Origin: Planctomycetota bacterium
Lineage (GTDB): Bacteria; Planctomycetota; Phycisphaerae; Phycisphaerales; UBA1924
Assembly (NCBI GenBank): GCA_039821685.1
Contig: JBCBNT010000003.1
Location: 2,603 to 66,602 of the forward strand
Direction: 5' to 3'
DNA: 64,000 nt
Below the pieces are notes generated by a model. That model searched no databases. It was not told the origin of the DNA and saw only the letters and a list, made by a program, of their open reading frames with translations. Below, piece after piece: positions 1-8,666 of this stretch. Numbering within the stretch: the stretch's first letter is position 1; the number at the start of each line of letters is the position of its first letter. Both the position numbers and the translations under genes were made by a program.

Positions 1-1
1 A

Positions 2-31
2 CGGAGCCCCGCGCGTCAACGCGGGGCTCCG
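2..31 (-). terminator. Candidate stem-loop terminator downstream of the exoprotein gene
   Basis: Perfect 12-bp inverted repeat cggagccccgcg (2-13) / cgcggggctccg (20-31) with a 6-nt loop. It lies about 40 nt past the stop (72) of the minus-strand gene. Any U-tract would fall beyond the window edge, so it cannot be confirmed. Confidence 0.35.
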
Positions 32-71
32 GATATCGGTTACTGCTGGGTGCGATCACCCACGTACCGGA

Positions 72-2858
72 TTACTGGCAGAGCGGCCCGTTCAGGCCCT
101 GGTTGAACGCCAGGATCCAGGCGGTGAAGTCGGCCGGGCTGAGCAGCCCGTCCTGGTTGGCGTCGGCGAGCAGATCGTTGTTGTTGAAGTTGAGGACCCA
201 CGACGTGAAGTCGGCAGGGGTCACCAGGCCGTCGCGGTTCTGGTCCGCACACAGCGGCAGCACCGGATCGTCCGAGATGCAGTTGTTGGGATCGAAGCCG
301 ACGGTGATGCCATCAACGAAGCCGGGTGAGCCGAAGAGCGTGGTGTTGTAGACGTCGGTGAGGTTGTTCTGGATCGCGCCATCGAACCCGATGAGGCTAG
401 TCGCCCAGTTGAGGCCGTTGTCGTTGCCGAGCTCGTTGTAGGCGCTCGGGTTGAACACGTAGATCGAGAAGGCCGGGGAGAGGGGCAGGCCGTTCGAAAC
501 GAGCGGCCACTCAAAGCCGTCGTCGTCGTAGTTGACGATGTCCTGCACCATGTCGCTGGCGTCGCGGAGCTGCAGGATCTCGTTGGCGCCCGAGGGGCTG
601 TCGGCAGCGCCGGGGCCCTCGGCCTGGTCGCTCAGACGACCGATGCCGCCGCCGTACCAGTCCTGGAGCGTGATGACCTGGTAGCCGCAGTCCCAGGCAG
701 CGTAGAACTCGCTGACCGGGGTGGGGTTCTCGGCCGGGAAGTCGTTGCCGGTGAGCACAAGGGCCTCGCCGGCGGCCAGGGTCGTGCCCGCCGGAATCGG
801 CGTGGTGCGGCCGTCCTCGTCCTCGAGGAACCAGCCGCTGATGTCGACCGGGGCGTTCGAGACATTGACGATCTCGACCCACTCGTCGATGCCGTTGGTG
901 GGATCAGGGAACGACAGGCCCGGGAACTCGGTGTTGGAGGCGAAGTGCACCTCGGAGATGATCACGTCGCCGACGGGGCGCTCGGGGGCACCGATGTTGA
1001 CGGTACCCGGCGAGGCGTAGGTGTCGTCCGCGAAGAAGGTGCCCGAGCCGGCGCGCTGGCCGTTCAGGTTGCGGATCGAGGTCGCCCAGTTCGTGCCCGT
1101 GTTGTTGTCGACGGTGTTGACGCTGTCGCCCAGCAGGTAGTACGACGCGCCGTTGTAATCGCCGGGCCAGTCGCCCTGCGGCACACCGTTCGAGGTGGTG
1201 GACTGGTAGTTGGCGACGTCGAGGCGCGTGCCGTCGGCGGCGAGGATCGAGCGGACCTCGTTCACGAGGTCGGCGTTGTTGCCCAGGCCCAGGCTACCGG
1301 CCGGATCGATGTAGCGGAAGCCGCTGACCGGGCCCCAGCCCGCCTCGAAGTTCTCGAGGCTGGTCTCGCCGATGACGAGAACCTCACCCGGGTTGAGGAA
1401 GAACGCGTCGGCGACGCCGTCGCCGTCGGTATCGACGTCGGCTTCGATCACGGCGTCGGCCGTGTCGAACACCGGGGCGTCGAGGTCCTGCAGGAACGCG
1501 CCGGCGAGGTTGACCGGCGCCGTGCCGATGTTGATCAGCTCGACGAACTCACGGCCGCCCTCGCTGCCCGACGGGTTGAAGAGGATCTCGGTGATGACGA
1601 TATCGCCGAAGCCGTCGCTGCTTTCGCAGCTGTCGAGCACACCGTTGCCGTCAAGGTCGAGGCTGGCGTTGAAGGCGATGTCGCAGCTGTCGGGCGAGCC
1701 GTTGCCGTCGCAGTCCGACTCCTGGCTGATCTGGAACTCGCAGTCGTCCGGCAGGCCGTTACCGTTGCAGTCTGGCTCGGTCTCGTCGGGGATGCGGTTG
1801 CGGTTGCAGTCCTGGCTGAAGCCCAGGAAGATGTCGACGACGTCGTCACGGCCGTTGCCGTTGGCGTCTTCGAACGACTGGCCGAGGTTGGGCACCACGC
1901 CGGGGCTGGCGGCGTCGTTGTCGCTGATGAGGGTGACGAGGATGGGATCGCCGTTCTCGTCGAGGCCGTCGCCGTTAGGGCCGGCGTCCATGTCCTGGGT
2001 GAGGATCTCGACCGGGTTGCGGGCCAGGTCTCGGCCAGCGGCCGAGTTCGACCAGAACACGCCGTAGCTCTGGTTGCTGTTCTCAAGGCTGCCGTTGGCG
2101 GGCGGGGCCGCGGAGCCGGCAGTCTGTGCAGCGGCGTCAGCCAGGAAGTTGGGCTGCAGGTAGAACGAGAGGCCGTTCGACGAGAAGGGCCACTGGTTCT
2201 GCGAGTTGCCGACCTCGTAGTTCACATAGTCGCGGCTGATGATCGTGCCGTCTTCCTCGTACTCGATCAGGTCGAGGACCTCGTTGATCGGCGAGCCGGT
2301 GTTGGCGATCGTGATGTTCGAGATCAGGAAGACGATGCGGTAGTCGACCACGTCGCCGAAGCCGTCACCATCAGTATCGTCGCCCCACGCGGCGACCCAG
2401 TCGTCGAAGGTGTTCTCGATACCGTTGTCCACCGAGCCGCCGAAGCCTTGGCTCCGGGTGTCCCAGAAGCTGCCCACGATGATCGATTCGCCGGGGGCGA
2501 GGATCAGGGTGTTCTCCGGATCGCACTGGAAGCCCTGGCCGCCGAAGATGTCAACGGTCGTGCAGTCGATGTCGGTCGACTCGGGCAGGACCGAGCCGTC
2601 CGGGTTGCGAATTGCTCCCGAGCCGAGCATGTTGCCCGGGCTTGAGCCGTCCTCGTCGTCGATCGCGTACCGCGTGACGTCGACAGGCTGGTTCGAGATG
2701 TTGGTAATCTCAACCCACTCGGTGTCCGCTTCGGCGCCCGCCGGGTTGAACATAATCTCGGTGATAATGACGCCTTCATTGTCGCCGATGATGACCTGAC
2801 CATTGGCCGAGGTGGCGGTGCCGGCGCAGCACGCCAGCAGCAAAGCAATACGATTCAT
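72..2858 (-). CDS. Secreted exoprotein with three lamin-tail (LTD) domains, Cys/Asp-rich Ca-binding-type repeats and a C-terminal GC-type dockerin-like tail
   Basis: ORF 72..2921. The internal start MNRIALLLACCAGTATSANG (cat at 2856-2858) gives a signal peptide. There are three LTD-like modules: IITEIMFNPAG..EWVEITNISNQPVDV, VITEILFNPSGSEGGREFVELINIGTAPVNL and IISEVHF..DEWVEIVNVSNAPVDISGW. The central repeats are of the DCNRNRIPDE/DCNGNGLPDDCE/DCDGNGSPDSCD type. The C-terminus reads DQNRDGLVTPADFTSWVLNFN..DANQDGLLSPADFTAWILAFNQG..C. Confidence 0.8.
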   Translation of the reverse strand: MNRIALLLACCAGTATSANGQVIIGDNEGVIITEIMFNPAGAEADTEWVEITNISNQPVDVTRYAIDDEDGSSPGNMLGSGAIRNPDGSVLPESTDIDCTTVDIFGGQGFQCDPENTLILAPGESIIVGSFWDTRSQGFGGSVDNGIENTFDDWVAAWGDDTDGDGFGDVVDYRIVFLISNITIANTGSPINEVLDLIEYEEDGTIISRDYVNYEVGNSQNQWPFSSNGLSFYLQPNFLADAAAQTAGSAAPPANGSLENSNQSYGVFWSNSAAGRDLARNPVEILTQDMDAGPNGDGLDENGDPILVTLISDNDAASPGVVPNLGQSFEDANGNGRDDVVDIFLGFSQDCNRNRIPDETEPDCNGNGLPDDCEFQISQESDCDGNGSPDSCDIAFNASLDLDGNGVLDSCESSDGFGDIVITEILFNPSGSEGGREFVELINIGTAPVNLAGAFLQDLDAPVFDTADAVIEADVDTDGDGVADAFFLNPGEVLVIGETSLENFEAGWGPVSGFRYIDPAGSLGLGNNADLVNEVRSILAADGTRLDVANYQSTTSNGVPQGDWPGDYNGASYYLLGDSVNTVDNNTGTNWATSIRNLNGQRAGSGTFFADDTYASPGTVNIGAPERPVGDVIISEVHFASNTEFPGLSFPDPTNGIDEWVEIVNVSNAPVDISGWFLEDEDGRTTPIPAGTTLAAGEALVLTGNDFPAENPTPVSEFYAAWDCGYQVITLQDWYGGGIGRLSDQAEGPGAADSPSGANEILQLRDASDMVQDIVNYDDDGFEWPLVSNGLPLSPAFSIYVFNPSAYNELGNDNGLNWATSLIGFDGAIQNNLTDVYNTTLFGSPGFVDGITVGFDPNNCISDDPVLPLCADQNRDGLVTPADFTSWVLNFNNNDLLADANQDGLLSPADFTAWILAFNQGLNGPLCQ

Positions 2859-3017
2859 CTCTCGCTCCAAATCCGTCGGACGCACGGGGCAGCGCGCCGC
2901 TCCTCGATCCTCCGGGCCCATCGCCCGCGTCCCCCCGGCGCCCTCCCCGTGTGGCGTGATCCGGGTTCAAGCCCGCGCGGCACCGTCAGGCGCCGCGCGG
3001 GTCGCATTCGATCACTG

Positions 3018-4214
3018 CTAGTTGAAACGGAAGGCGGTGATGTTCTGCCGACCATTTCGGGTGAGGTACGGCTCGATGGGCTTACCGTCGCCGAAGTACT
3101 CGTCGAGAATCTCGACCGCGGCAGGGTTTCTGGAGACATCGTCGTTGTTTGACTGCCCGGCCCCGATCGCGATGTGACGGCTTCGGATGTAGGTCTCCGC
3201 CAATTCCTCATTGGCTCGCTTGAACGCGACGTGCCCATCGGCGAAGCTCACGTTGATGCCCGAGGCACCGTGGTTGCCGGTAAGCTTGTCGGGCCAGTTG
3301 TTCACCAGCGGCGAGTTCCCCTCGTTGAAGCCGTACGCCTCGTACACAACCCGCGATTGGTCCTCGTCAGAGTCGAGCGTGAGAAGCACCTGGCTCGGGA
3401 AGGTCACGTTGTTGACCGACTTGACATAGTCATCAAGGGCTCCGAGCTGCCCCGGAGAAAACACGGGCTCACCGGGCCGGGGATCGTCGTTGCCAGTCCC
3501 GAAGTAGCCGAACCAGCCATCGTCCGTCGGGCTGGAGTAGCCACGGTCACGGTTGTAGTCGCGGCTCACCCTCGACGCCGTCAGCCCGCCAACGTTCGAC
3601 GCGGTGTACCGCAGCCGGTCGAAACCATCGGGCCATCGCACGAGGTCGCCGAACGGACCCCCCTGGACGCCGAACCACGAGAACACCTCGTAGCTGTGCC
3701 CACGGAACCGCTGATTGCTCTGTAGATCGCCGTCTCCGGTGAGGGCGTCGCTGATGCTGGCCTCGACCGCGTTCCGGGTCAGGTCGAGCGGTACGGGCCT
3801 GCCGTGCAGATTGCGCTCCACCCCTTCAACCGGGATGATATTGCCCTGCCCGTCGCTGACACGGCCGTCCGGCAGTATGACCACGGTCGGATCGACGTCG
3901 TGGCGGGTGCCGGCGCACACGGCGGCTTCGGGGGTTTCCAGCTCGTTGACGAGGTAGCCGAGGTTGTCGGAACCGCCGCTGATGGTCGGCACAAACGCTC
4001 CGGCTTTGTTGCTGCCGTTCGCGTACACGTTCGCAGCGAGCGCGATCATCCGTTGGCCTGCAGCGCACGCGACGCGTTGCGACGTCTCGCGGGCTTTGCC
4101 AAGGGCGGGAAGAAGGATTCCGATCAGCAGCGCGATGATCGCGATGACCACGAGCAACTCAATGAGAGTAAACGCTCGGGTCGATCGGTTCGACGTTCTG
4201 TGATGGGTCAGCAT
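3018..4214 (-). CDS. Prepilin-type N-terminal cleavage/methylation domain protein (DUF1559-like pseudopilin paralogue)
   Basis: The N-terminus after the internal Met (cat 4212-4214) is [43 protein letters not shown]. The C-terminal ..NVSFADGHV motif is typical of this family. Confidence 0.85.
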   Translation of the reverse strand: MLTHHRTSNRSTRAFTLIELLVVIAIIALLIGILLPALGKARETSQRVACAAGQRMIALAANVYANGSNKAGAFVPTISGGSDNLGYLVNELETPEAAVCAGTRHDVDPTVVILPDGRVSDGQGNIIPVEGVERNLHGRPVPLDLTRNAVEASISDALTGDGDLQSNQRFRGHSYEVFSWFGVQGGPFGDLVRWPDGFDRLRYTASNVGGLTASRVSRDYNRDRGYSSPTDDGWFGYFGTGNDDPRPGEPVFSPGQLGALDDYVKSVNNVTFPSQVLLTLDSDEDQSRVVYEAYGFNEGNSPLVNNWPDKLTGNHGASGINVSFADGHVAFKRANEELAETYIRSRHIAIGAGQSNNDDVSRNPAAVEILDEYFGDGKPIEPYLTRNGRQNITAFRFN

Positions 4215-4323
4215 GCAAGGCTCCTGTGTTACGCGGGCGGGACCGTCCACGAATACGAACAAACCATGCTAAATCGAAGCGGCCTGTGTACAACTGCGAC
4301 GCTGTCAATGCTGTGTGAAGCAG

Positions 4324-4333
4324 TGTCTAGACA
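4324..4333. promoter_or_regulatory. Candidate HutC/GntR operator (perfect palindrome TGTCTAGACA)
   Basis: This 10-bp perfect palindrome contains GTCTAGAC, which fits the GntR/HutC consensus GT-N-TA-N-AC. It lies in the 296-bp divergent intergenic region between the pseudopilin gene and the GntR gene. Confidence 0.5.
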
Positions 4334-4475
4334 TTTGATTGTTAAGGAAACACGAGCGCATCGTGAAGCCTTGAACCCATGCCTCGACTTCTGGCCGCTG
4401 CACCGCAAGATGCTTCATTCGCAGGAGTACTTTGCATGCTCTGCTGATCCGTTGATGAGCGCCCGGCCCGCGAGT

Positions 4476-4484
4476 TGTCTAGAC
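4476..4484. promoter_or_regulatory. Second candidate HutC/GntR operator half-palindrome (TGTCTAGAC)
   Basis: The same GTCTAGAC core is repeated about 150 bp downstream of the first site. It lies about 27 nt upstream of the in-frame ATG (4511) of the GntR gene, which is consistent with autoregulation. Confidence 0.45.
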
Positions 4485-4510
4485 GCGACAGTCGACATGG
4501 GGATGCACAG

Positions 4511-5290
4511 ATGCCACATTCAAGGACCGTCGGACGCTCAACGGGCAAGACGCCGGCCTACCGACGCATCGCCCAAGCACTCCGCGAAGAGATCGCGAGT
4601 GAGTTGAAGCCGGGAGACCTCATCGCGTCGGAGCACTCGCTCGCCGCGCGGTTCGGCGTGAACCGCCACACGCTTCGTCGGGGTGTCGATGAGCTTGTTG
4701 AAGACGGGCTCGTCGTCCGCCAACGCGGGCGCGGCACCGTTGTGCTCAGCACGCCTATCGAATTCCCGCTGACGGTCGACAAGCGTTTCTCCGACCTCGT
4801 CCGCAAGTCTGGCAGAACGACGAGCAACCGGGTGCTGACCAAAAAGATCTCCGCTGCGCCGCAAGAAGCCGCCGATGCGCTCCGTCTCCCGGCCGCTTCC
4901 GAAGTTGCCTTCCTCGAGCAGGTCAGATCCGCCGGAGACATGCCGCTCGCGATCTCGCGACACTGGTTCCCGATGCCGCGGTTCCGCGTCGTGCTTGAAA
5001 GCTATCAAGACGGCTCGCTGCACGCCTTCATCCAGAGGCACCTCGGCCTGACGATCCAGCTGCACACCGCGATCGTTCGAGCTTCGCTGCCGAACGCCGA
5101 CGACGCCCTCAATCTGCGGATCTCTCCGAAGGTCCCGGTGCTCAGCGTCCACCTCACGGACATCGATACCGCGACTGAAGCACCCGTCGAGTTCGTCGAG
5201 CAGGTGTTCCGCGCAGACGCCACCCGCCTCAGCGTTCAGCCCGGTCCAACGGCGGCGATCAACTCACTTCACGACTCAACCGGCTCTTAA
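4511..5290 (+). CDS. GntR-family transcriptional regulator, HutC/PhnF subfamily (winged HTH plus UTRA-type effector domain)
   Basis: The sequence YRRIAQALREEIASELKPGDLIASEHSLAARFGVNRHTLRRGVDELVEDGLVVRQRGRGTVV is a classic GntR HTH. The C-terminal ~170 aa has UTRA-like length. The ORF opens at a TTG at 4475, but I prefer the ATG at 4511. Confidence 0.85.
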   Translation: MPHSRTVGRSTGKTPAYRRIAQALREEIASELKPGDLIASEHSLAARFGVNRHTLRRGVDELVEDGLVVRQRGRGTVVLSTPIEFPLTVDKRFSDLVRKSGRTTSNRVLTKKISAAPQEAADALRLPAASEVAFLEQVRSAGDMPLAISRHWFPMPRFRVVLESYQDGSLHAFIQRHLGLTIQLHTAIVRASLPNADDALNLRISPKVPVLSVHLTDIDTATEAPVEFVEQVFRADATRLSVQPGPTAAINSLHDSTGS

Positions 5291-5460
5291 CTCGACGGCC
5301 CCCGGCTGCGTGGCGCGCGCCGTCCTCAGACCGGTCCGGAGTAATCGCCTGCTCCAGGGCGACGGGAATACAAATCCCCGCCGCATCGCTCTTGACAGAC
5401 GGGCGAACCGACAGGTAACGCATCACCGATCCCGCACCGTTTCAGGAGGCACCGCACACC

Positions 5461-6621
5461 ATGCAAGAGGCCGGCAGATCCTCAATCGCGTTCGTTTATT
5501 TTGTCGCGGCTGTGGCGTGCATCGGCGTGGCCCTCCACGCGGCGGGCCTCGTCCCGGGACTCGACTCGGCCGTTGCCCCGCAGAATCGCGTGTTGTCCCA
5601 GGCGCAGCCAGCTGCTGATGACGACGGCAGCAAACGAGTCGTACAGGTCTCCGGATCAGGATACGACCTCAGCCCAATAAGCGATGCGCAGCTCAGCAGA
5701 CTCGCCGAAACGCTGAACGACGAAGAACGGCGCATTTTGCTCAACAAGGGCACGGAGCTCGCGTTCTGCGGACCGCTGCTGCACAACAGCCAAGACGGCA
5801 CGTACACATGCAAGCTGTGCACGCTCCCGCTTTTCGACTCGGCAGACAAGTTCGACAGCGGCACGGGGTGGCCGAGCTTTACCGGTCCATTTGACGATGA
5901 CCACGTCGGCGAAGTCGCCGACTATTCGTACGGCATGGTCCGGACCGAGATCGTTTGCGGCCGATGCGACGGTCATCTGGGCCACGTCTTCCGCGACGGC
6001 CCCGCACCCATCGGCCTGCGGTACTGCCTGAACTCTGCTTCGCTCAACTTCATCGAAAGGGGCCAGCCCATGCCAGACCTCACCCGCGACGCCGATCAGA
6101 ACAACGACACTCCGGCGACCGAGATCGCCTATTTCGCCGGCGGGTGCTTCTGGGGCATCGAGCACCGCCTGCAGCAGGTCGACGGCGTGATCGACGTCTC
6201 GTCAGGCTGCATGGGCGACACAACGGAAAACCCGACCTACGAGCAGGTCTGCTCCGGAACGACCGGGCACACGGAGACCGTCAAGGTCGTCTTTGACCCC
6301 GCCCGCGTCAGCTACGGCGATCTCCTGCGTGGATTCTTCAAGCTGCACGACCCCACGACGCTGAATCGGCAAGGTCCGGACATCGGCACGCAGTACCGCT
6401 CGGCGGTCTTCCCGACCAGCGACTCCCAGTTGACCGAGACCCGCGCGTACATCGCCGAACTCGCGACAAAGCCGAGGTTCGAAGGCCGGTCGATCGTCAC
6501 CGAGGTCCGCCTCGCAGCGGATGCCGGCCCCTACTACATCGCGGAGGACTACCACCAGGATTACAACGCTCGGACGGGCCACCGCTGCTGGCTTCCCGAC
6601 ATCTCGGATGACGACGAGTAG
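5461..6621 (+). CDS. Bifunctional methionine sulfoxide reductase MsrB-MsrA fusion with an N-terminal hydrophobic anchor or signal
   Basis: The MsrB part reads CKLCTLPLF..GTGWPSF...CGRCDGHLGHVFRDGP..RYCLNSASL. The MsrA part reads AYFAGGCFWGIEH...YEQVCSGTTGHTETVKVVFDP. The N-terminus SSIAFVYFVAAVACIGVALHAAG is hydrophobic. A GGAGG sits 12 nt upstream of the ATG. Confidence 0.92.
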   Translation: MQEAGRSSIAFVYFVAAVACIGVALHAAGLVPGLDSAVAPQNRVLSQAQPAADDDGSKRVVQVSGSGYDLSPISDAQLSRLAETLNDEERRILLNKGTELAFCGPLLHNSQDGTYTCKLCTLPLFDSADKFDSGTGWPSFTGPFDDDHVGEVADYSYGMVRTEIVCGRCDGHLGHVFRDGPAPIGLRYCLNSASLNFIERGQPMPDLTRDADQNNDTPATEIAYFAGGCFWGIEHRLQQVDGVIDVSSGCMGDTTENPTYEQVCSGTTGHTETVKVVFDPARVSYGDLLRGFFKLHDPTTLNRQGPDIGTQYRSAVFPTSDSQLTETRAYIAELATKPRFEGRSIVTEVRLAADAGPYYIAEDYHQDYNARTGHRCWLPDISDDDE

Positions 6622-6683
6622 CCTGATCCGACCAGCGCCGCCCGGCACGCGGGAACGAGGCCACGCGACCACAACTCAGCAAG

Positions 6684-6757
6684 CACCCCCGGAAGGACTC
6701 GAACCTTCACTCTGCGGATTAGAAGTCCGCTGCATTATCCAGTTATGCTACGAGGGC
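6684..6757 (-). tRNA. tRNA-Arg (anticodon TCT)
   Basis: Reverse complement reads GCCCTCG TA GCAT AACTGGATA ATGC A GCGGA CTTCTAA TCCGC AGAGT GAAGG TTCGAGT CCTTC CGGGGGT G. This is a 74-nt cloverleaf with anticodon TCT, a G1-U72 wobble and no encoded CCA. Confidence 0.9.
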
Positions 6758-6967
6758 GTCCCGAAATCGTAACCGCGCCGCGAGGGCTGCGTCGGACTTG
6801 ACGCCCGAGCATCTGCGAAAGCGACCGGGGCGAAGCCGCGTGGGCATGCGAGATCTCCCCAATCACCCCATCACCACGCGAGGCACATGTCCGCAAAGCA
6901 AGCGCGGCATCGTGCCGATTGCCATTGATCGCAGCGGTCAAATCCTCCACGCCGACTATTATCCATC

Positions 6968-7942
6968 GTGACCAGAACCGACTCCATGCTTTCCCGCCAC
7001 GAGGCGGCTTCTGTTTCGCCGCGGGATGCTCGCACGAAGAGCCTTGCGAGGGAATTTCTGACGCTCTCGAAGCCGGGCATTACCCGGCTCGTGACGGTCG
7101 CCTCAGCGGCCGGGTTCGGGCTGGCGTCGTTCCGCAGCGGCGGAGGCGGCGAAGGGCTCGCGATCGCCGCAGCAGGCTGCGTGCTCGGGACCGCGGCAGC
7201 CTCGGCGGGTGCGAACGCGCTGAACCAGGTTATCGAGGTCGAGCGCGACGCAATCATGGCTCGGACCGCCTCGCGCCCCCTCCCGTCAGGACGCCTGACC
7301 AGGCCTCAGGGACTTGCGTTTGCACTCGCGTGCTCGGTCGCTGGTCCTCTCCTGCTCGCATTGACCACCAACTGGGTCGCCGCCTCGCTCGCTGCGCTCA
7401 CGGTCGTGCTCTATGTCGCGGTCTACACGCCGCTCAAGCTCGTGAGCCCGATCTCGACGTTCGTCGGAGCGATCCCGGGGGCGCTCCCGTGCGTGATCGG
7501 ATGGACCGCGGGCTCCGCCGAGCCGCTCGCCGAACTCGGCCGGCTCCCGGCCTGGTCGTTTTTCGTTGTCCTGCTGACCTGGCAGATCCCCCACTTCCTC
7601 GCGATCGCGATGATGTACCGCGAGCAGTACACGAGCGCCGGGTTCGTGCCGATCTCGCCGAACGCATCGTCAAAGCGTGTCGCACTCCAGATCGTTGCAT
7701 GGACGGGGCTTACGGTCCTGGCATCCGCGGTCCCGCTCGCGGTGATGCCAGAATCCATCGGCGTTCTCTACGCATCGGTCGCGGCTCTGTCCGGAGCGTT
7801 CTTCCTCTCGCAAGCGGTGTCGATGCTGCAGTCGCCCACGAAGGCCGCGGCCCGTGCCGTGTTCTTTGCGTCAATCGGCTACCTGCCGATTGTCTTCATT
7901 GCGCTCGTCATCGATGCGTTTGCTTGGAATCCAGAGCTGTAA
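6968..7942 (+). CDS. ctaB: Protoheme IX farnesyltransferase (heme O synthase)
   Basis: UbiA-family motifs: LSKPGITRLV, NALNQVIEVERDAIMARTASRPLPSGRL and IPHFLAIAMMYREQY. The protein is multi-TM. The ORF starts with GTG at 6968, with an alternative ATG at 6986. Confidence 0.9.
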   Translation: MTRTDSMLSRHEAASVSPRDARTKSLAREFLTLSKPGITRLVTVASAAGFGLASFRSGGGGEGLAIAAAGCVLGTAAASAGANALNQVIEVERDAIMARTASRPLPSGRLTRPQGLAFALACSVAGPLLLALTTNWVAASLAALTVVLYVAVYTPLKLVSPISTFVGAIPGALPCVIGWTAGSAEPLAELGRLPAWSFFVVLLTWQIPHFLAIAMMYREQYTSAGFVPISPNASSKRVALQIVAWTGLTVLASAVPLAVMPESIGVLYASVAALSGAFFLSQAVSMLQSPTKAAARAVFFASIGYLPIVFIALVIDAFAWNPEL

Positions 7943-8015
7943 GGCACGTACAGCTCGCCGCGCGAACGAGCGCGGACGCTCGCGTCGCCGAACCCACCCG
8001 CGGAGGCCCGAACAC

Positions 8016-8666
8016 ATGCCCCGTCCCCCCGCTGTTCTCGTTGTTGCTTGCCTCGGCGTAGCCGTGTGCACGTTCGGTGCGATGAGCATGCTGAACAGTC
8101 ATCGCTCCGAACTCCAGCGGTCCGCGACGGCACCCGAAATCGCTTCCGCCGGCATGTCGATCGGTGAGTTCGACCTGATCGATCAGAACGGCGAACCGGT
8201 CGACGAGACGATCCTCGATGGCGCGCACACGGTCGTGAGCTTCATCTTCACCAACTGCCCGGGCCTCTGCCCGACAATGACCCAGGCGAAAGCGCGTTTG
8301 CAAGACCGCGTCGACGACCTGCCGGTCCGCATGCTTTCGATCAGCCTCGACGCCGAGCGGGATACGCCCGCCGTGCTGAGCGCCTTCGGCGAGCGTTTCA
8401 ACGCACGCTTCGATTCTTGGACGTTCGCAACAGGTGACACCGCCGAAGCGCGCCGCATCGTCGCGGAAGATCTGCTGCTGGTTGTCGAAGACGAGACCGA
8501 ACGGATGGTACCGACCGCCGACGGAAGCGAGATGGCGAACATCTTGCATCCGACCCGCCTGATCCTCGTCGGGCCGGGCCGCGAGATACTGGGCTTCTAT
8601 TCCGTGCTCGACGCGTCGGGCCTCGACTCGCTCGAAGACGAGCTCCGGTCGCGACTCGGGTCCTGA
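8016..8666 (+). CDS. SCO1/SenC-family copper chaperone / thiol-disulfide protein
   Basis: It has the CxxxC motif FIFTNCPGLCPTM and a downstream His (ILHPTRLILVGP). The internal start MPRPPAVLVVACLGVAV (ATG 8016) gives an N-terminal anchor. It is adjacent to ctaB. Confidence 0.85.
   Translation: MPRPPAVLVVACLGVAVCTFGAMSMLNSHRSELQRSATAPEIASAGMSIGEFDLIDQNGEPVDETILDGAHTVVSFIFTNCPGLCPTMTQAKARLQDRVDDLPVRMLSISLDAERDTPAVLSAFGERFNARFDSWTFATGDTAEARRIVAEDLLLVVEDETERMVPTADGSEMANILHPTRLILVGPGREILGFYSVLDASGLDSLEDELRSRLGS

Noticed and set aside
945-2645. 566-aa plus-strand ORF (and several 100-230-aa ORFs) overlapping the LTD exoprotein gene
   Set aside because: It is antisense to a gene with clear domain repeats and a signal peptide. 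The product is Ala/Arg/Val/Gly-rich low-complexity sequence typical of shadow ORFs in ~70% GC DNA, and I recognised no motifs.
6622-6967. tRNA-Arg as a possible integration hotspot for a genomic island
   Set aside because: There is no integrase, no direct repeat of the tRNA 3' end, and no compositional shift next to the tRNA. The flanking genes are ordinary housekeeping genes (msrBA, ctaB).
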